Shown here one piece after another: positions 22,746-40,630 of a stretch of 64,000 nucleotides of DNA. The position numbers and the translations under genes were made by a program. Each line of letters starts with the position of its first letter. The first letter of the stretch is position 1. The notes under the pieces are model-generated. The model did no database searches. It had not been told where the DNA came from and was given only the letters and a program-made list of their open reading frames with translations. Source of the DNA: the human T2T-CHM13v2.0 reference genome, Homo sapiens; the NCBI RefSeq assembly GCF_009914755.1, contig NC_060943.1; one strand, written 5' to 3'.

Positions 22746-23049
22746 TGAGCCACCCACCTTGGCCTCTCAAAGTGTTGGGATTACAGGCATGAGCCACTGC
22801 GCCCAGCCTACCTGTTTATTTTTATGTGTTCTTTAGTACAATGTAAATTTCCATGAGGATAAGGACCTTACATGTCTTCCTCATGATCACTACATTGATA
22901 TGTGTGTTGTGTGTGTGTGCAAAAGGGGAGCTGGAAAAACAGTTGAGTCCAAAATACAGGTAAAATATTGCACTAAAGAAAAACGAGGCTGGGTGTAGTG
23001 GCTCACAACTGTAATCCCAGCATTTTGGGAGGCTGAGGCAGGCAGATCA

Positions 23050-23313
<264 letters not shown>

Positions 23314-23545
23314 TCACTGAAAACAGGTTTGAAATATAAAAGAAATAAGGTGATTGGTAAATGGGGTAAAGTTGAAGCTTCTTCCATAGCTTATGCTACG
23401 ATCTTTATTCCCAACCAGGTTGTAGGCCTTTGCTCCACAAGTCTGGGTGCCTTGGAGGAAGGTTTCACAAACAACACAAAAATGTCTCCTTTCTCTTACC
23501 ACATGGGCTGTGGCCGGCCCTGATGGTGTCCCCTGCCTTCCTTAC

Positions 23546-23638
23546 CTGTGAACTGTGTTTCTTCCCTCAAAATCATCCAGGGCTCTTTTCCTCGCTCCAG
23601 TAAATCAACCACAACTGGTTTAGAAATGGAATGTCCTC
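23546..23638 (-). CDS. ZNF573: ZNF573 KRAB-B exon
   Basis: ttttcttataag|GAGGACATTCC...TTCACAG|gtaagg translates to (G)[30 protein letters not shown](D). It is 93 bp, phase 1-1, and in frame with KRAB-A. No minus-strand C2H2 exon is seen in 1-23545, so the finger exon is off-window. Confidence 0.95.
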
Positions 23639-24028
23639 CTTATAAGAAAAGAAATGCCACATGGTATAAAAATAAAAACAAAAGTAACAGAAACCTTTGA
23701 GCTTTGATTAAATTTACAATGAACTAAGGACTTCAAATAAAAGAGGGGTGAGATGATTGAAGAAATGAAACAGGCACAGTAAAACCTTATTTTAATGTAA
23801 ACTCATACACGCGTGGTCTCTTAGGAGAAAGTTTAACCTGTGACCTTATAAAATGTCTCTTTCCAAATATTACCACCCCAAAGTAGCTGTGAAGTTCTCT
23901 GGAGCCAGAAGGCTGGGGCACAAATTATTCCTCTTAAATCTACCAACCTTGTGACTTTGGCCATGTGACTTCAACTCATTATTCCAATTTGGCAAATAAA
24001 CTGGACATAATAATACTACTATTGGCTA

Positions 24029-24166
<138 letters not shown>

Positions 24167-25064
24167 TTAGGCATGGTGGTGCATCTACAGTCCCAACTAC
24201 TAAGGAGGCTGAGGCAGGAGGATCACTTGAGCCCAGGAGGTTGAGGCTACAGTGAGCTATGATTGCACTCCAGCCTAAGCAACAGAGCAAGATCCAGTCT
24301 CGAAAAAAATAAATAAATAAATAAGATAATAACAATAACACTATCACACAGTTCTTTCAGGATTAAGTTATTTTATATATATATATATATATATTCCCCC
24401 TCCCTTCCAAAGAGTGGCTGGGGACATAATGAGCACAACTGTACCAATTATAATTATTTTATTATTTCTGTATGAGAGAAAAAAAGCATCCCGACTGATA
24501 TATAAAATCTTCATTCAAACTCAATGCAAAGCTCATGAATTATAACTTTCAACAATAAATCATACAAATTGGCTACAGGAAATGAAATGTGGACTCTTCA
24601 GTTTCCAATAAATATTGTTCATCTAATCCAGCACTATATGTCACAGGGGTTCTTCTTATACTCAGAGTAAATCATGAATCTGCGTCTTTTGTCCCTGCAG
24701 GTGGATCAGATGATGACACAGCATATCTATAGGAATTCTGGAAATATGCACAATGGGAAACCAGGATTCCTGGGCAATGGTTATTCATGGACTAATAATA
24801 TATAATTTAATAATAATAATATATAATTTTAACCCAGCCCCTTGGATATTAAGGAAAGGAGGCAATCATAAGGGGCAGGAGAATATGTGACTATCTCTAA
24901 AGGATGAAGAAAATGATGGTGCTTAGTGGCACAGCCATTGTCAAACAGGCAGAGCTGAAATATTCCTCTAAGAACAGGAAGGAGAAATTCAACTATGTCT
25001 TGAAATATGGCCTTGAAATTCATTGTGTTGAAAGGTAACATATCACAGATCACATTTTAAATTA

Positions 25065-25232
<168 letters not shown>

Positions 25233-25631
25233 TTACAAAATTTTAAAAACATTTTAAAGAAGGAAAGATAGGAGATTACAAGAGCACATTAGAGAAAAGG
25301 AGTGATATAGTATATGTGGCTAATGACTGGTAGCAGACTAAAGCAACGTGTCTACATATTCCTAAAGGATCCTATTGCCACAGGATCCTATTCCTAAAGG
25401 ATCCTATTCCTAAAGGATCCTATTGCCACAGACAAATGTTTCTGCATGTTGAAGGTTACCACAATAATTCAGACCTGCTGAGGAATGGATAAAATAAAAT
25501 TCAATAAAGTATTAAAGACACAACTACATAGTCTGCTAGTCATGTGATGCATAAATTCCCAATAAACATGAGTTTCTAAACTATTTTTCCTGTAAGTTAG
25601 AAAAATGAGATGTCCTTGCCAAATTTAATAA

Positions 25632-25817
<186 letters not shown>

Positions 25818-26176
25818 TAATTTTTGTATTTTTTGTAGAGACAGGGTTTCACCATGTTGCCCAGGCTGGTTTCAAACTCCTGGGCTCAAGCAATCCGCCT
25901 GCCTCAGCCTCCCAAAGTGCTGGGATTACAGGCGTGAGCCACTGCACCTGGCCAATCTCCATATTTAAAAAAAAAAGCTTTTGCAGAACATTTAGACATT
26001 TCCACAAGTCTCAAGTTACATCATTATGTCAGAGCACATAAGCATTTTTCTTAATTTTGACAAATATATTTTTTATTGACTGTGCAACAATTTTATAATG
26101 AATATTTCAGACTTACTCCGTCGTTAATCCATCTTTTACCTCGTGTACATTTTTTAAATCTTTTTTTTTTTTTTGA

Positions 26177-26338
<162 letters not shown>

Positions 26339-27181
26339 TAGAGATGGGTGTCTCACTTTTTTTGCAAGGGGTCTCAAACTCCTGGCCTCAAGTGATCCTC
26401 CCGCCTTGGCCTCCCACAGTGCTGGGATTACAGGTATGAGCCACCGTAGCTAGCCTACCTTCATATACTTTGTTGGACAGAACTTCAAAGGTCTTCCCCA
26501 GTTCTGGAAATCAACATATTTACTCCTTAGGATAATATTCTCATTCATCGCCATTTTCCATCACTTAATACTTTTCTTGTTCCAGAATGGATACTGATAT
26601 AGGATGACTCATAATAAAAAAATGTCACCCAAGTTCAGCAGAACACATTCAACCACAAAATAAAAACTTGTCTCTCAGTAATTCTTTGACAAGATCCATG
26701 GTATATCTCCAACAATTCTAAAATTCTCAAAGAATATGAGATCTCATCACATACTAAGACAGACCAATTGATAACCAAATCCCATCTTATTTGCCTAGAA
26801 AACTCAGGTCTGCGGAGAATGTCAGAGCCTACCTATGGTATCCAAATAGGACCAACATCTCTAATTCACCAAACTAAGGACCTATAAAGGAAGCTCAAAT
26901 AGTTCCCTGTTGAGACTTCACTCCTTTACTGCTCTATCATAGACTTTGGTTGAACAATAAGCACATGAGTACTAAATACATTTGACAATAAATATAAAAG
27001 TGGACAGAAAATACTCATAGGGAGAAAACTGAGTTATTTGCTATCACTATTCACAATATTAGAAGAAAGTGGGGACAGATAACTGAAGGAGGCCTTCTTA
27101 AATAGGAAGCCTTAGGTTAATGAAAACATCCACATAACCTATGATCATGATATTGCAAGGAAACAGAATTAATCAACTTAC

Positions 27182-27250
27182 ACAGGTCATGGTTTTAGAA
27201 TTGTAAGACCTGATCAGTCCTACTTGGTGGGGTTCCAATACTGGAAACAT
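27182..27250 (-). CDS. ZNF573: ZNF573 first coding exon, CDS part (exon 27182-27272)
   Basis: Minus strand reads ctcttttcttctctcag|CTCTGG...ATG TTT CCA...ACC ATG ACC TGT|gtaagt, giving MFPVLEPHQVGLIRSYNSKTMTC (23 codons, phase 0). This matches the recalled ZNF573 N-terminus. A second in-frame ATG (ACCATGA) is at 27188-27190. Confidence 0.9.
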
Positions 27251-27540
27251 TCAAACTCCAGAGAATCCAGAGCTGAGAGAAGAAAAGAGATGTTAGTGTT
27301 CCCAATATGACTTAATTTAATAAAATCTTTCTGCTCCTCTATTTCTCCTTCCAAATTAATCCCTCACAACTGAACATATAACTTAGGGAAAAACAGACAA
27401 TGAATCTAAGCACTCCCTCACACCCCAGGAAACCCAGCTATACAAAGGTAGTTTTAGAGTAAGTCAATGGCTCACTAAAGCCAGATCCAGACAAGATAGC
27501 AAGAGGTTTTCTGGACAAGGCTCCAATTTGGGAAGGCTGA

Positions 27541-27819
<279 letters not shown>

Positions 27820-29094
27820 TAGCTAATTTTTTTTGTATTTTTAGTAGAGACGGGGTTTCACTATGTTGGCGGGGCTGGTCTTGAACTCCTGGCCTCAGGT
27901 GATTCACCCGCCTTGGCCTCCCAAACTAGTCAGATTACAGGCATGTGCTACCGCGCCTGGCCTCAAACTAGAACCTCTTCTATGGCATCAGAATCAGTTG
28001 AAATTGGTCAAAACATGAGAGAGAACACATCACAGGAGGAAATGTTTAGGCCTGGTTCTGTGTTGAGCACAAACTGCCTTGCTAAATACAAAATATACAT
28101 GTAATAGAATACCAAGAAGCTATCAGATGCTAAGTAGGGAAACGTATTTAATAAAATTTAAAAATTTCAGATATACTGTCAACGGAAAATTAAGATGAGA
28201 AAACAGAATGTACAATATCATTGGATCGTTAAAAAGACAGACAAGCATTGAGGCACAGGCTATAGGACATCAATACATTGAGAAAGTCTGGTAGTTTATT
28301 TATTCTGTTACATTACAACATGATCATATGTTACCATTACTTTTCTTTTAGTTGCTATCTTGATTTTCTTTTTTGAATATATTTCATAATCATTTTAACA
28401 CTGTTCATACATTAACTTAAAAAATACATGTGTACACACACACATACACTCACACACAAATTTGTATATTAAAAGGTGGGTTTATTTTGCCACTTAGCCA
28501 CAGTGTCATCCAGTCTACTGCTAAACTCTCTCTTTTTTTTTTTTTTTTTTTAAGGGGCAGGGGGTCTTGCTCTGTCACCCAGGCTGGAGTACAGTGGTGT
28601 GATCATAGCTCACTGCAAACTCAGGCTTCTGGGTTCAAGTAATCCTACTGCCTCAGCCTCCTGAGTGGCTGGGACTAAAGGTGTGCACCACCATGCCTGG
28701 CTAATTTTAAAAAATTTTTTTAGAGACAGGGTCTTACTATGTTACCTAGGCTGGTCTCAAACTCCTGGGCTCAAGAGATCCTCCCTCCTAGGCCTCCCAA
28801 AGTGTTGGGATTACAGGCATGAGCTACCACGCCTGGCCTAGTTTCACTTTTTATCTAACATCACTTGAAGAAAAAATTAGACAGTAAAAGCTTACAGAAT
28901 ATATTCACTAACTTCCATATAGATTCCATGAGCTTAGTTACAATGATGACCAGAATCTAATCAATGCCACGTCCACATGAATCCCCAAGGCACATCACCT
29001 GAATCTCTCTAGTGGTCTTCACTATACACTGACTTACCCGTTCCTATTTACAACTTATGGCCCTTGCTGAATTATTGGCATTTTAAAGTAGTGA

Positions 29095-31150
29095 CTAGTC
29101 CTAGCCACAGCAACCAGACAAGAGAAAGAAAAAAAGGCATCCAAATTGATTAAGAGGAAGTCAAACTTGCTGTTCGCCGATGATATAATCATATACCTAG
29201 AAAACCCTAAAGACTTACCCAAAAAGCCCCTAGATCTGACAAATAAATTCAGTAAAGTTTCAAGATACAAAATTAATGTACACAAATCAGTAGCATTGCT
29301 ATATACCAACATCGGCTAAGCTGAGAATCAAATCAAGAACTCAACCTCTTTTACAACAGCTGCAAAAAAAAAAAAAAACCACAAAAGAAAACAAAAACAA
29401 AACAAAACAAAACAAAAACAAACAAACTTAGGAATATACCTAATCAAGGAGGTGAAAGATCTCTACAAGGAAAACTACAAAACACTGCTGAAGGAAATCA
29501 TAGATGACACAAACAGATGGAAGCACATCCCCCGCTCATGGATAGGTAGAATCAGTATGGCGAAAATGACCATACTGCCAAAAGCGATCTATAAATTCAA
29601 TGCAATTTCCATCAAAATACCATCACCATTCTTCACAGAATTAGAAAAAACAATCCTAAAATGCATATGGAACAAAAAAAGAGCCCGCATGGTCAAAGCA
29701 AGACTAAGCAAAAAGAACAAATCTGGAGACATAACATTCCCTGACTTCAAACTATACTACAAGACAATCGTTACCAAAACAGCATGGGACTGGTATAAAA
29801 ACAGGCATGTAGACCAATGGAAGAGAATAGAGAACCCAGAATAAAGCCAAATACTTACAGCCAACTGATCTTCGACAAAGTAAACAAAAACATAAAGTGG
29901 GGAAAAGACACACTATTCAAAAAATGGTACTGGGATAATTGGCAAGCCACGTGTAGAAGAATGAAACTGGAGCTTCATCTCTCACCTTAGAGAAAAATCA
30001 ACTCAAGATGGATCAAAGACTTAAATCTAAGACCTGAAACCATAAAAATTCTAGAAGATAACATTGGAAAAACTCTTCTACACATTGGCTTAGGCAAAGA
30101 GTTCATGACCAAGAACCCAAAAGCAAATGCAACACAAGTAAAGATAAATAGATGGGACTTAATTAAACTAAAAAGCTTCTGCACAGCAAAAGAAATAATC
30201 AGCAGAGTAAACAGACAACCCACAGGATAGGAAAAAGTATTCACAAACTGTACATCCAACAGAGGACTGACATCCAGAATCTACAAGGAACTCAAACAAA
30301 TCAGCAAGAAAAAAACAAATAATCCCATCAAAAAGTAGGCTAAGGATATGAATAGACAATTCTCAAAAGAAGATATACAAATGGCCAACAAACATATGAA
30401 AAAATGCTCAACATCACTAATGATCAGGAAAATGCCAATAAAAATCACAATGTGATACCAATTTGCTCCCTAAGAATGACCATAATTTTAAAAAATCAAA
30501 AGATAATAGATGTTGCCATGGTTGTGGTGAAGAGAGAACACTTCTACACTACTGGTGGGAACAAAAACTAGTACAACCACTATGACAAACAGTATGAAGA
30601 TTCCTTAAAAAACTAAAAGTAGAACTACCATTTGATCCAGCAATCCCACTAATGGGTATCTACCCAGAGGAAAAGAAGTCATTATATAAAATTATTTTAT
30701 TTTTTTTTCAGTGATAGAGACAGGAGTCTCACCATGTTGGCCAGGCTGGTCTCGAACTCCTGGCCTTAAGTGATCTGCTGGCCTCAGCCTCCCAAAATGC
30801 TGGGATTACAGGTGTGAGCCACTGCACCCAGACAGAAGTAATTATATGAAAAAGACACTTGCACACACGTTTATAGCAGCACAATTGCAAAAATATGGCA
30901 ACAGCCTAAATGCCCATCAACAAGTGGATAAAGAAAATTTGGTGTACGTACACATATATATACACTATGGAATACTACTCAGCCATAAAAAGGAATGAAA
31001 TAACAGCATTGGATGCAACCTGAATGGAGTTGGAGACCATTATTCTAAGTGAAGTAACTCAGGAATGGAAAACCAAACATTACATGTTCTCATTTATGAG
31101 TGGAAGCTAAGCTATGAGGATGCAAAGACATAATAATGATATAATGGATC
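29095..31150 (+). mobile_element. L1PB-like ORF2 3' half, antisense to ZNF573 in intron 1
   Basis: RT core-like [13 protein letters not shown] at ~29170 and ORF 29452-29844 ([16 protein letters not shown]...). It has multiple stops, an A-rich expansion at 29364-29428 and an Alu arm at 30690-30832. Confidence 0.9.
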
Positions 31151-32859
31151 TCAGGAGGCTGAGGCAGGGGAATTGCTTGAACTCAGGAGGCAGAGGTTGC
31201 AGTGAACCGAGACTGCGCCACTGCACTCCAGCCTGGCCATAGAGCAAGCCTTTGTCATAAAAAAAAAAAAAAAAGCCGGTCGTGGTGGCTCATGCTTGTA
31301 ATCCCAGCACTTTGGGAGGCCGAGGCGGGCAGATCACGAGGTCAGGAGACTGAGACCACGGTGAAACCCAGTCTCTAATAAAAATACAAAAAATTAGCCG
31401 GGCGTGGTGGCGGGCGCCTGTAGTCCCAGCTACTCGGAGAGGCTGAGGCAGGAGAATGGCCTGAACCCGGGAGGCAGAGCTTGCAAGTGAGCCGAGATCG
31501 CACCACTGCACTCCAGCCTGGGCGACAGAGCGAGACTCTGTCTCAAAAAAAAAAAAAAAAAAAAAGGTAATATTTAAGAGGTGGTCTCTTGAAGTAACTA
31601 ATACAAATTCTGTTGTTAGTCTTTTAGGATATGACTTTCAGATTTAAGCTCTGATACTTAATAAAATGTGTCTTAAAGTCTCATTGGTAAATTGGGAGAA
31701 AATGTCATTTAGCATATAAAATAGTCTGAAGATGAAGTAAAATAATCCACATAAGGCTGGGTGCGGTGGCTCACGCCTGTAATCCCAGCACTTTGGGAGG
31801 CCGAGGCGGGTGGATCATGAGGTCAGGAGTTCGAGACCAGCCTGGCCAAGATGGTGGGATTACAAGCATGCACCATCACGCCAGACTAATTTTTGTATTT
31901 TTAGTAGTGATGGGGTTTCGTCATGTTGGCCAGGCTGGTCTCGAACTCCTGACCTCAAGTGATCCGTCCGCCTTGGCCTCCTAAAATGGTGCGATTACAG
32001 GCGTGAGCCACCACACCCGGCCAAATATGAGAACGTTAATGAGATTCAGCTCAATGGCTCCCAACATCTACTGGAAAGAAAGCAGATTGGTATTAGGACA
32101 TTCAGACACATTTCAGATGAAGTAAAACATACTCTAAAACCAGTAACCTTAGGAAAGAAAAAAGCCAACTAGCCTAAACATTGAGTTTTAGATGTGAAAG
32201 AATTTTTTTCCTCCTCATTAGAGTCCTTTTGAGGAATAGCAGGACCAGGGAGGGAGAAAAAAATCATGAGTTATCAGGCCTTTCCTTGAAGCACGGAATG
32301 CCTCCTTACACAATACCCTCCACGCCTTCCCTGTTCACACACTTTAACACATGGAGGTAGGAGAGAGGCTGGAATCTGGGTATGAGTTCACAGCAGGTTC
32401 CTGGGGTCAGAGCTCTGGGAAAGACGAGGTTCTGAGACAGGTAGCTCGCTCTCAGAGCTCACAAAGAAATAACCTCCCAGGCGTTTCCAATCTCACAGCA
32501 AGTCAATGCCTTCTTGCTGGAAAACTTGATGTAGAGTTCAGTATCCAACTTCCCTCTTGCAGACATTTTTTGTGTGTGTCAGCCGCAAGCAGCTGTGAGG
32601 AGGGAGGAGAGAAGCAGCAGCCGGGAACCTACAGCCAAGACTCAAAGTGACACCGCAGTGCCACCGCAATCAACGTACATGAAAAGGACAAGCACCTCAT
32701 ATCCCCGTCACGCAAGCACAGCCACTCACTCACCTGTCACAGCCTCACAACCGCACCCACCGTCAAGGAGGCACATCCCAGCCTCTCACACGCAGTTTCT
32801 CTGTCACACACTCTCAAACATTCCCCATCTGACATATACAACATTCTCTCACGTGCGCA

Positions 32860-33510
32860 CTCAAATCCCCTCCTCTGCTGTTCATGCACCCACGGGCCTG
32901 AGATTCCGATAACAACTGGCCGTCCACACTAGAGGCTTCCACGGTTAAAGGGCTTCCTCCACCACCCCGGCTGGTTTAGGTTGGGCTCCAACGTAACTTG
33001 ATTGCCCAGAGCCCTCCCTGCGAGTACTCTGTGCCTGTTATATACTGAAATGAGTTCAACCCACCTTGCAAAAGAACCACGCGAAAACGGAAGGGAAGCC
33101 ATAGATTGGGTGTTCCCGTTGCCCTCTGGGAAATGTAGTTTAAGCCTAAAGCTCCATGACCGCGGTGGCTTGTGGGAAAAGTGGCTCGGAACCCCAAATC
33201 CCGGTTAGATTGCAGGCACCGCCGGACGCTGGCTCCCGGAGGTTTTAGTTTTCCCTCTACCAGGAGTGTGAAGACACAGAGACTTATTGCGCTGGCGAAG
33301 ATGGCTGAGGCGAAGGCGTGTCCGACTTGTCCTCGGAGTTCTGAGGGTTTCAGTGACCCCAGAAGGCTGAGAAGTGGAATCCGAACTCGAGGCTGCCCGA
33401 AGCCTCGGGCTGTTTGAGTGTAGAGCCGGTAGGGGAGGGCTTTCAAAGTGTGGCCGCGAGGGCGAGCGTGGGGGATCGGTTATGAGCTCCCGAGGGCGGG
33501 GACTCTGCTC
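32860..33510. promoter_or_regulatory. CpG-island promoter of ZNF573, probably bidirectional
   Basis: CpG/GC-rich island in AT-rich surroundings. It contains ACTACATTTCCCAGAGGGCA on minus (33120-33139; ZNF143/THAP11-type ACTACAnnTCCCA motif), CCAAT on minus (33105-33109) and YY1-like AAGATGGC on plus (33298-33305). Confidence 0.85.
33065..33110 (-). other. ZNF573: Probable non-coding exon 1 of ZNF573 (TSS approximate)
   Basis: Minus strand ...CTTCCGTTTTCGCGTGGTTCTTTTGCAAG|gtgggt donor lies just downstream of the ZNF143-type motif. An alternative strong donor ACAG|gtgagt is at 32734/32733. Confidence 0.6.
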
Positions 33511-33564
33511 TGTGTCCCCTGAGGAAGTCCAGTCTTGTTATAAGGTATGAGAAAAGTAACTTTT

Positions 33565-34680
<1,116 letters not shown>

Positions 34681-34816
34681 ATGTACGTACTTTTGATGTT
34701 GTTGTGAATGGACTGGTTTATTCAATAAATTGTGTTAGGTACATTGACTAATAGTGTGTAGAAGTAAAGTTATATTTACTTAATTCTTAAAGGTATAGTC
34801 AAAACAGACTGAATAA

Positions 34817-34996
<180 letters not shown>

Positions 34997-35039
34997 TAGC
35001 TGGGATTACAGGCATGTGCCACCACACCTGGCTAATTGT

Positions 35040-36647
<1,608 letters not shown>

Positions 36648-37064
36648 CTACCTCTAGGGGCTCCTACCGCTGCCATCCTACCCCTGCCGTACCACACATA
36701 TATCTTGACAGGGCCTGTTACAGAGAAGAAAAGGTCCAGTAAATTAATACTACAGTCATTGACACATAACCACCAAAAAACTCAAATTAAAATTTTGACA
36801 AAATTAAGTGTCAGCAAGAATGCAAAGATTTGGGAATTATCAGACATTGTAAGACTGTCAGTTGGTGTGTTAACATTGGGATGAAGCCAATAATACCTAG
36901 TAAAACTGAAGATATGTTTACCATGTAACCTATGGTTTTACCTCTTGCTTTATACTGTACATAAATACACACTAATGGTAACCAAATAGAAATACAAAAA
37001 TGTTCACAACGGCATCATTTGTAACTGAAAAAATGAACACAACCCACATGTCCACCAACCATGA

Positions 37065-37477
<413 letters not shown>

Positions 37478-38098
37478 TAGCCAGGATGGTCTTGATCTCC
37501 TGACCTCATGATCCGCCTGCCTCAGCCTCCCAAAGTGCTGGGATTACAGGCATGAGCCACCACACCTAGCTGGTGTACTGTTTTAATGGAATGCAGAATC
37601 GATGCTAAATGTGAATATTAAATACTTAATATTGAGTAATAGAAGCCAGATGCAGCAGGATACAGACTATTACTCCAATTATGTAAGAGAGAAACCAGGC
37701 AAAATCAGACTATACTTTAGGCATATAAAAAATACATAACAAGGCTGGGATTCATGCTAAATGAGTAGATTTTAGCTTCCCTTGCCACACGCAAACAATG
37801 TGGGTATCTGTGAGATGATAGAGATGTTAATTTGCTTCACTATAGTAACCCCTTTATACTATGTATATGTATCCTATAACATCATGTTGTGTACCTTAAA
37901 TATATAGAATAAAATACATTTAAAAAAAGAAAAAGTTTTGGCTGGGTGTGGTGGCCCATGCCTGTAATCCCAGCACTTTGGGAGGCTGAGGCATGAGGAT
38001 TGCTTGAGCCCAGGAGTTCAGGAACAGCCTGGGCAACATAGTGAGACCCCATCGCTATCAAAAAAGAAAAAGAGGCCAGGCGTGATGGCTCATGCCTA

Positions 38099-38407
<309 letters not shown>

Positions 38408-39694
38408 TTAAAATGTTGACTCTAAAGAGCTACTGAATGACGGGGGTGCATGAGAGAAAAGGTTACTTAACATTTTTATACCTATTGAATTGAATCCTAT
38501 GTATGCATTATAAATTTAAATGTGCAATAATGCAGATAACTGAAATGTGGGTATGCTTTGATTAGGACTTTGCATTTCCCATTTGCTCAACTTCCTTATG
38601 ATTCTAGATGCATATGAATAGAAATACAAAATTTAAGGAGCCACAGGACTCTTATAGCCCTTTCTTCTTTCCATATTTTGTGTCTCTGGCTGTAGTTTGC
38701 CATATGTGTCCCTATGGCTAATGAGCAAAATATTTTTCAGTTGGATACCTGTGACCAAGCATTGCAAGTTAAAGATATTTCTGAATCTTGGACCCTCTTA
38801 GTTACAGTAAAGCCCGGCCATGCATAATAAAGCAGAGAGGAATGTAAAAGGTTGCTGCATCGATAATCAATTTCTGGTGAGCAATAATTATAGGTAATGT
38901 AAAATGAGACAATTATTGCTTTTCATCATATCTTGAAAGAACTCCTACAGTCATTGATTTTGAACAAAACACCAAAGTTCACTCTCCTCTTTTCTATAAT
39001 GAAAAGACATTATCCAGTAGAAGTTCAAGAGTAAAATCTGAAGGCAGCTTATCTGACCTGGCCACATGGCCTTGCCACTTATTCAACATAACTTTCTACA
39101 CACTAACCTCTCCAGACCTCAGATCTTCAACTCTCTGAAATACAAACATAGTAGTATCTACCTCTAGAACTGCAGCTGAACTGAGCATTTTAGGGAAGGA
39201 ACAAACACACATGATATAGATAGTCAGATTATGAACCCAGCGTAGCCCAGAATACAGAAATTTCTCAGTAATAGAGACCCTCAGGAGAAAAATCAGATGT
39301 AGCCTATCTCAGTGGTCTTTCATGTGGCAAATGAAAAGTGAAAGTCCATAATGAGAAAGACATGGGCAGCCAATGATACCATCGATTCAGTGTAGACTCT
39401 CAACATATCTGACAGTCATTGCCTGTTGTACCCCAACCCGTTTATATTTTGGGTTTATATCACCTTTCAGTTAAAACATACATAAACCTGAAGCCTCAGT
39501 CAGAAATATTTATGGATAACCAGGTATTATTCTGTGTTTCCAGTCAAAACTCAGGTAGACCACATTTTATGTGACAGGAGAAGGCACAGTTGATGCCCAA
39601 TTAACCCTAAGATCATCTCTGCCTGCAGCTTCCTATCATCACAGCAAGCTCTTTTCCTGCAGTCCATCATCTGTGTCTGCCCTTTGCTATATAG

Positions 39695-40630
39695 GTAGCA
39701 AAAATAGGCATCTGAAAAGATGCTCAACACCATATGTCACTAGGGAATTCAAATTAAAACAACGATGAGATACCACTACACATGTATTAGACTGGCTCAA
39801 ATCCAAACGCTAACACCACCAAATGCTGGTGAGGATATGGAGCAACAGGAACTCTCATTGATTGCTGCTGGGAATGCAAAATGGTACAGCCACTGTGGAA
39901 GGCAGTTTTGCAAATTCCTGCAAAACTAAACATATGCTTACCATATGATCTGGCAATTGCATTCTTTGGTATATGCCCAAATGACTTGAAAACTTATATC
40001 TACTCAAATCCTCCACATGAATGTTTACAGCAGCTTATACATAACCAACAAAGATTGGAAGTAACCAAGATATCCTACAATAGGGAAATGCATAAACTAA
40101 CTCTGAAACAATCATACAATGGAATATTATTCAGGAATAAAAAAAAATGAACTACCAAGGCATGGAAAGACATGGAGGAATCTTAAACACGTATTTCTAA
40201 ATGAAGCCAATGCAAAAGGGCCACATAGTGTAGAGTTCCAATTATATGGAATACTAGAAAAGGCAAAACTAGGCAGATGGTATAAAAAGTTCAGTGGTTG
40301 CCAGAGGCTTGAGCAGAGGGAAGGATGAATAGGTGGAGCACAGAAGATTTTTAGGGTTCTGAAACTTTTCTGTGTGACCCTATGATGGTGGACATATGTC
40401 CTTATGCATTTGTCAAAGCCCATAAATGGTACAACACAAAGAGTGAATCTTAATATAAGCCGTGAACTTAATATCCATATTGGCTCATCAAGGATAACAA
40501 ATGTACCATACTAACAAGATGATAATAGAGGAAGTGTGTGTACTATGGTGTGAGGGGGATATTAGAGCTCAATATGCCCTCTGCTCTGTTTTCTGTACAC
40601 CTACAACTGTTCTAAAAATTAAGTCAATTA
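39695..40630 (+). mobile_element. L1MA/MB-type 3' end
   Basis: CCAAATGCTGGTGAGGATATGGAGCAACAGGAACTCTC...GGGAATGCAAAATGGTACAGCCACT and a typical 3'UTR. Confidence 0.8.

Noticed and set aside
32351-33446. ORFs of 99-156 aa around the CpG island, and similar ones at 43818-44452
   Set aside because: Stop-poor GC-rich promoter sequence with no recognisable domains.
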